Origin: Candidatus Binatota bacterium
Lineage (GTDB): Bacteria > Desulfobacterota > Binatia > UBA1149 > CAITLU01
Direction: 5' to 3'
NCBI GenBank assembly: GCA_024276575.1
Contig: JAJRWY010000171.1
Coordinates: forward strand, 1,580-65,579
Length of the DNA stretch: 64,000 nucleotides
Within the stretch, counting starts at the first letter, position 1. Each line of letters begins with the position of its first letter. The notes under the pieces are model-generated. The model saw only the letters and a program-made list of their open reading frames with translations. It made no database searches and was not told where the DNA came from. Below are positions 62,184 to 64,000 of this stretch, piece by piece. The position numbers and the translations under genes were made by a program.

Positions 62184-63473
62184 TCAAGCCCCCGCGGCTA
62201 TCCTGCCTACCGCTCGATGAGCGATGTCACGCCGGTAGTGAACACCATCCCAGCGAATCTTGGAAACAGCCTCATAGGCCCGGTCTACAGCCTTCGAAAC
62301 GTCCGGCCCGGATGCGGAAACGCCCAGCACCCTGCCTCCGGTTGATATCCAGCGTCCCTGCTCATCGCGCGCGGTGCCGGCATGAAACACCTCCACCGCG
62401 GGCTGTGACGCGGCAGCCTCGAGACCGGAAATCACGTCGCCCTTGCGATAAGAGCCGGGATAGCCGGCCGAGGCCATTACCACACAGACCGCCGCGCCGG
62501 GTTTCCAACGCACTTCGCTCGAAGCCAGAGTGCCGTCGATACAGGCCTCCATGAGATCGACCAGGCTGCTTTCCAGACGCATCATCAGCGGCTGGCACTC
62601 CGGGTCGCCGAAACGCACGTTGTACTCCAGCACCTGCGGACGCCCGTCCTTGATCATGAGCCCCGCATACAGCACGCCCCGGTAATCGATGCCACGGGCC
62701 GCCAGCGTCGCCACCGTCGGCTCGATCACGGTCTCGAGTATTTCTTGGTGCAAGGCTTCGTCTATGACCGGGGCAGGTGAGTAGGCGCCCATGCCGCCGG
62801 TGTTGGGCCCGCTATCGCCGTCAAAAGCGGCCTTGTGGTCCTGTGAAGAAGCCAGGCCCAGCACACTGCTGCCATCGCTGAGAGCCATGAACGAAGCTTC
62901 CTCGCCCTCGAGGAACTCCTCGACGACAATTCGTGCACCGGCCTGCCCGAAACGCCCGCCTTCGAGCATCGAATCCACTGCTTCATCGGCTTCGGCGGCA
63001 TTGGCGCATATTACCACGCCCTTGCCCGCAGCTAGGCCGTCGGCCTTTACCACGCATGGAAAACCGAGTTCGCGCGCGAAGGCCCGGGCCTCGGGGGCCG
63101 ACGAGAACTCAGCGTAGGCCGCCGTCGGCACGCCGGCTTCGATCAGCACACCTTTGGTAAAAGCCTTCGAGGCTTCGAGCTGCGCGCCGGCTTTGCCGGG
63201 GCCGAAGATCCGCAAGCCGCGGGACTTGAAAAGATCCACTATGCCGGCGGCAAGCGGGGCCTCGGGTCCCACTACGGTTAAATCTATCGATTGTGAGGAC
63301 GCGAAAGCGGCAAGCGCGTCGAGATCATCGGCCGCCAAGCCGGTCGAACGCGCAACTTGGGCCAAGCCGTCCGAGCCGGGGGCGGCGTAGATCGCTTCCA
63401 CCTTGGGGTCTTGCGCGATCTTCCAGGCCAGCGCGTGTTCGCGCCCGCCGCTGCCTACTATCAACACTTTCAT
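62184..63473 (-). CDS. purD: Phosphoribosylamine-glycine ligase
   Basis: [42 protein letters not shown]. Confidence 0.97.
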   Translation of the reverse strand: MKVLIVGSGGREHALAWKIAQDPKVEAIYAAPGSDGLAQVARSTGLAADDLDALAAFASSQSIDLTVVGPEAPLAAGIVDLFKSRGLRIFGPGKAGAQLEASKAFTKGVLIEAGVPTAAYAEFSSAPEARAFARELGFPCVVKADGLAAGKGVVICANAAEADEAVDSMLEGGRFGQAGARIVVEEFLEGEEASFMALSDGSSVLGLASSQDHKAAFDGDSGPNTGGMGAYSPAPVIDEALHQEILETVIEPTVATLAARGIDYRGVLYAGLMIKDGRPQVLEYNVRFGDPECQPLMMRLESSLVDLMEACIDGTLASSEVRWKPGAAVCVVMASAGYPGSYRKGDVISGLEAAASQPAVEVFHAGTARDEQGRWISTGGRVLGVSASGPDVSKAVDRAYEAVSKIRWDGVHYRRDIAHRAVGRIAAGA

Positions 63474-63481
63474 CGCAAATC

Positions 63482-64000
63482 TCAGTGGCGGAAATGCCGC
63501 ACCCCGGTCAAGACCATCGCCATACCGTGTTCATCGGCCGCCGCGACGATCTCCTTGTCCTTGATACTGCCGCCGGGCTGTATCACCGCGGTGGCACCGG
63601 CCGCGGCACAAACATCGAGACCGTCGCGGAAGGGAAAGAAAGCATCCGAGGCCACCACCGAGCCGCGGGTATCGAGGCCGTGGGTCTCGGCGCGCATCAC
63701 CGCTATGCGCGCCGAGTCGACCCTACTCATCTGCCCGGCGCCGACACCGACCAGACTGTCTGGCCGCGCCAGCACGATCGCGTTGGACTTCACATGCTTG
63801 CAAACCTTCCAGGCGAAATCCAAAGCCTCGAGTTCCTCCGCACCCGGCTTGCGCGCGGTCGGCGCTTCGCAATCCGCCGCGCGCGAAGGCTGTAGATCGC
63901 GGTTTTGCAGCAACAAGCCGCCGAGCACTCGCTTCATATCGTAAGCGTCCTCACCTCCGGACTCGCCGGGGTCCACTTCGAGCAAACGAATATTGCGCGA
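63482..64000 (-). CDS. purH: PurH C-terminal part (truncated by window edge)
   Basis: [38 protein letters not shown]. Confidence 0.95.
   Translation of the reverse strand, partial: SRNIRLLEVDPGESGGEDAYDMKRVLGGLLLQNRDLQPSRAADCEAPTARKPGAEELEALDFAWKVCKHVKSNAIVLARPDSLVGVGAGQMSRVDSARIAVMRAETHGLDTRGSVVASDAFFPFRDGLDVCAAAGATAVIQPGGSIKDKEIVAAADEHGMAMVLTGVRHFRH

Overview
GC-rich bacterial chromosomal window; gene content resembles Deltaproteobacteria sensu lato (Binatota/Myxococcota-like; inference only). About 63 CDSs. From 1-16 kb: lipid/CoA and small-molecule metabolism (three crotonases, two alpha/beta hydrolases, acyltransferase, LOG, DAHP synthase, HU, methyltransferase plus SMR, cysH). From 16.7-40.7 kb: two different complex I operons in tandem (nuoABCDHIJKLMN and nuoACDEHJKLMN) separated by a Btu/Fec-type ABC importer. 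Then amgK-murU, patatin, SCP2, a histone-H1-like protein, eno, ftsB, nrdJ, dciA, thiI, rlmD, a porin, tsaC and purEDH. Main unexplained signals: (1) four in-frame TAG codons in three otherwise intact genes between 9 and 18 kb (two in nuoN), with no TGA/TAA interruptions or frameshifts seen, although TAG still ends about a third of genes; this suggests amber readthrough, or alternatively C:G>A:T mutation or sequencing error; (2) an unannotated four-hairpin candidate sRNA with C-rich/anti-SD loops at 30505-30680; (3) a net-basic enolase next to the H1-like gene; (4) NuoE missing one Fe-S cysteine; (5) MITE/REP-like repeats that overlap or abut stop codons and many short tandem duplications. No tRNA, rRNA, CRISPR or transposase gene was recognised.
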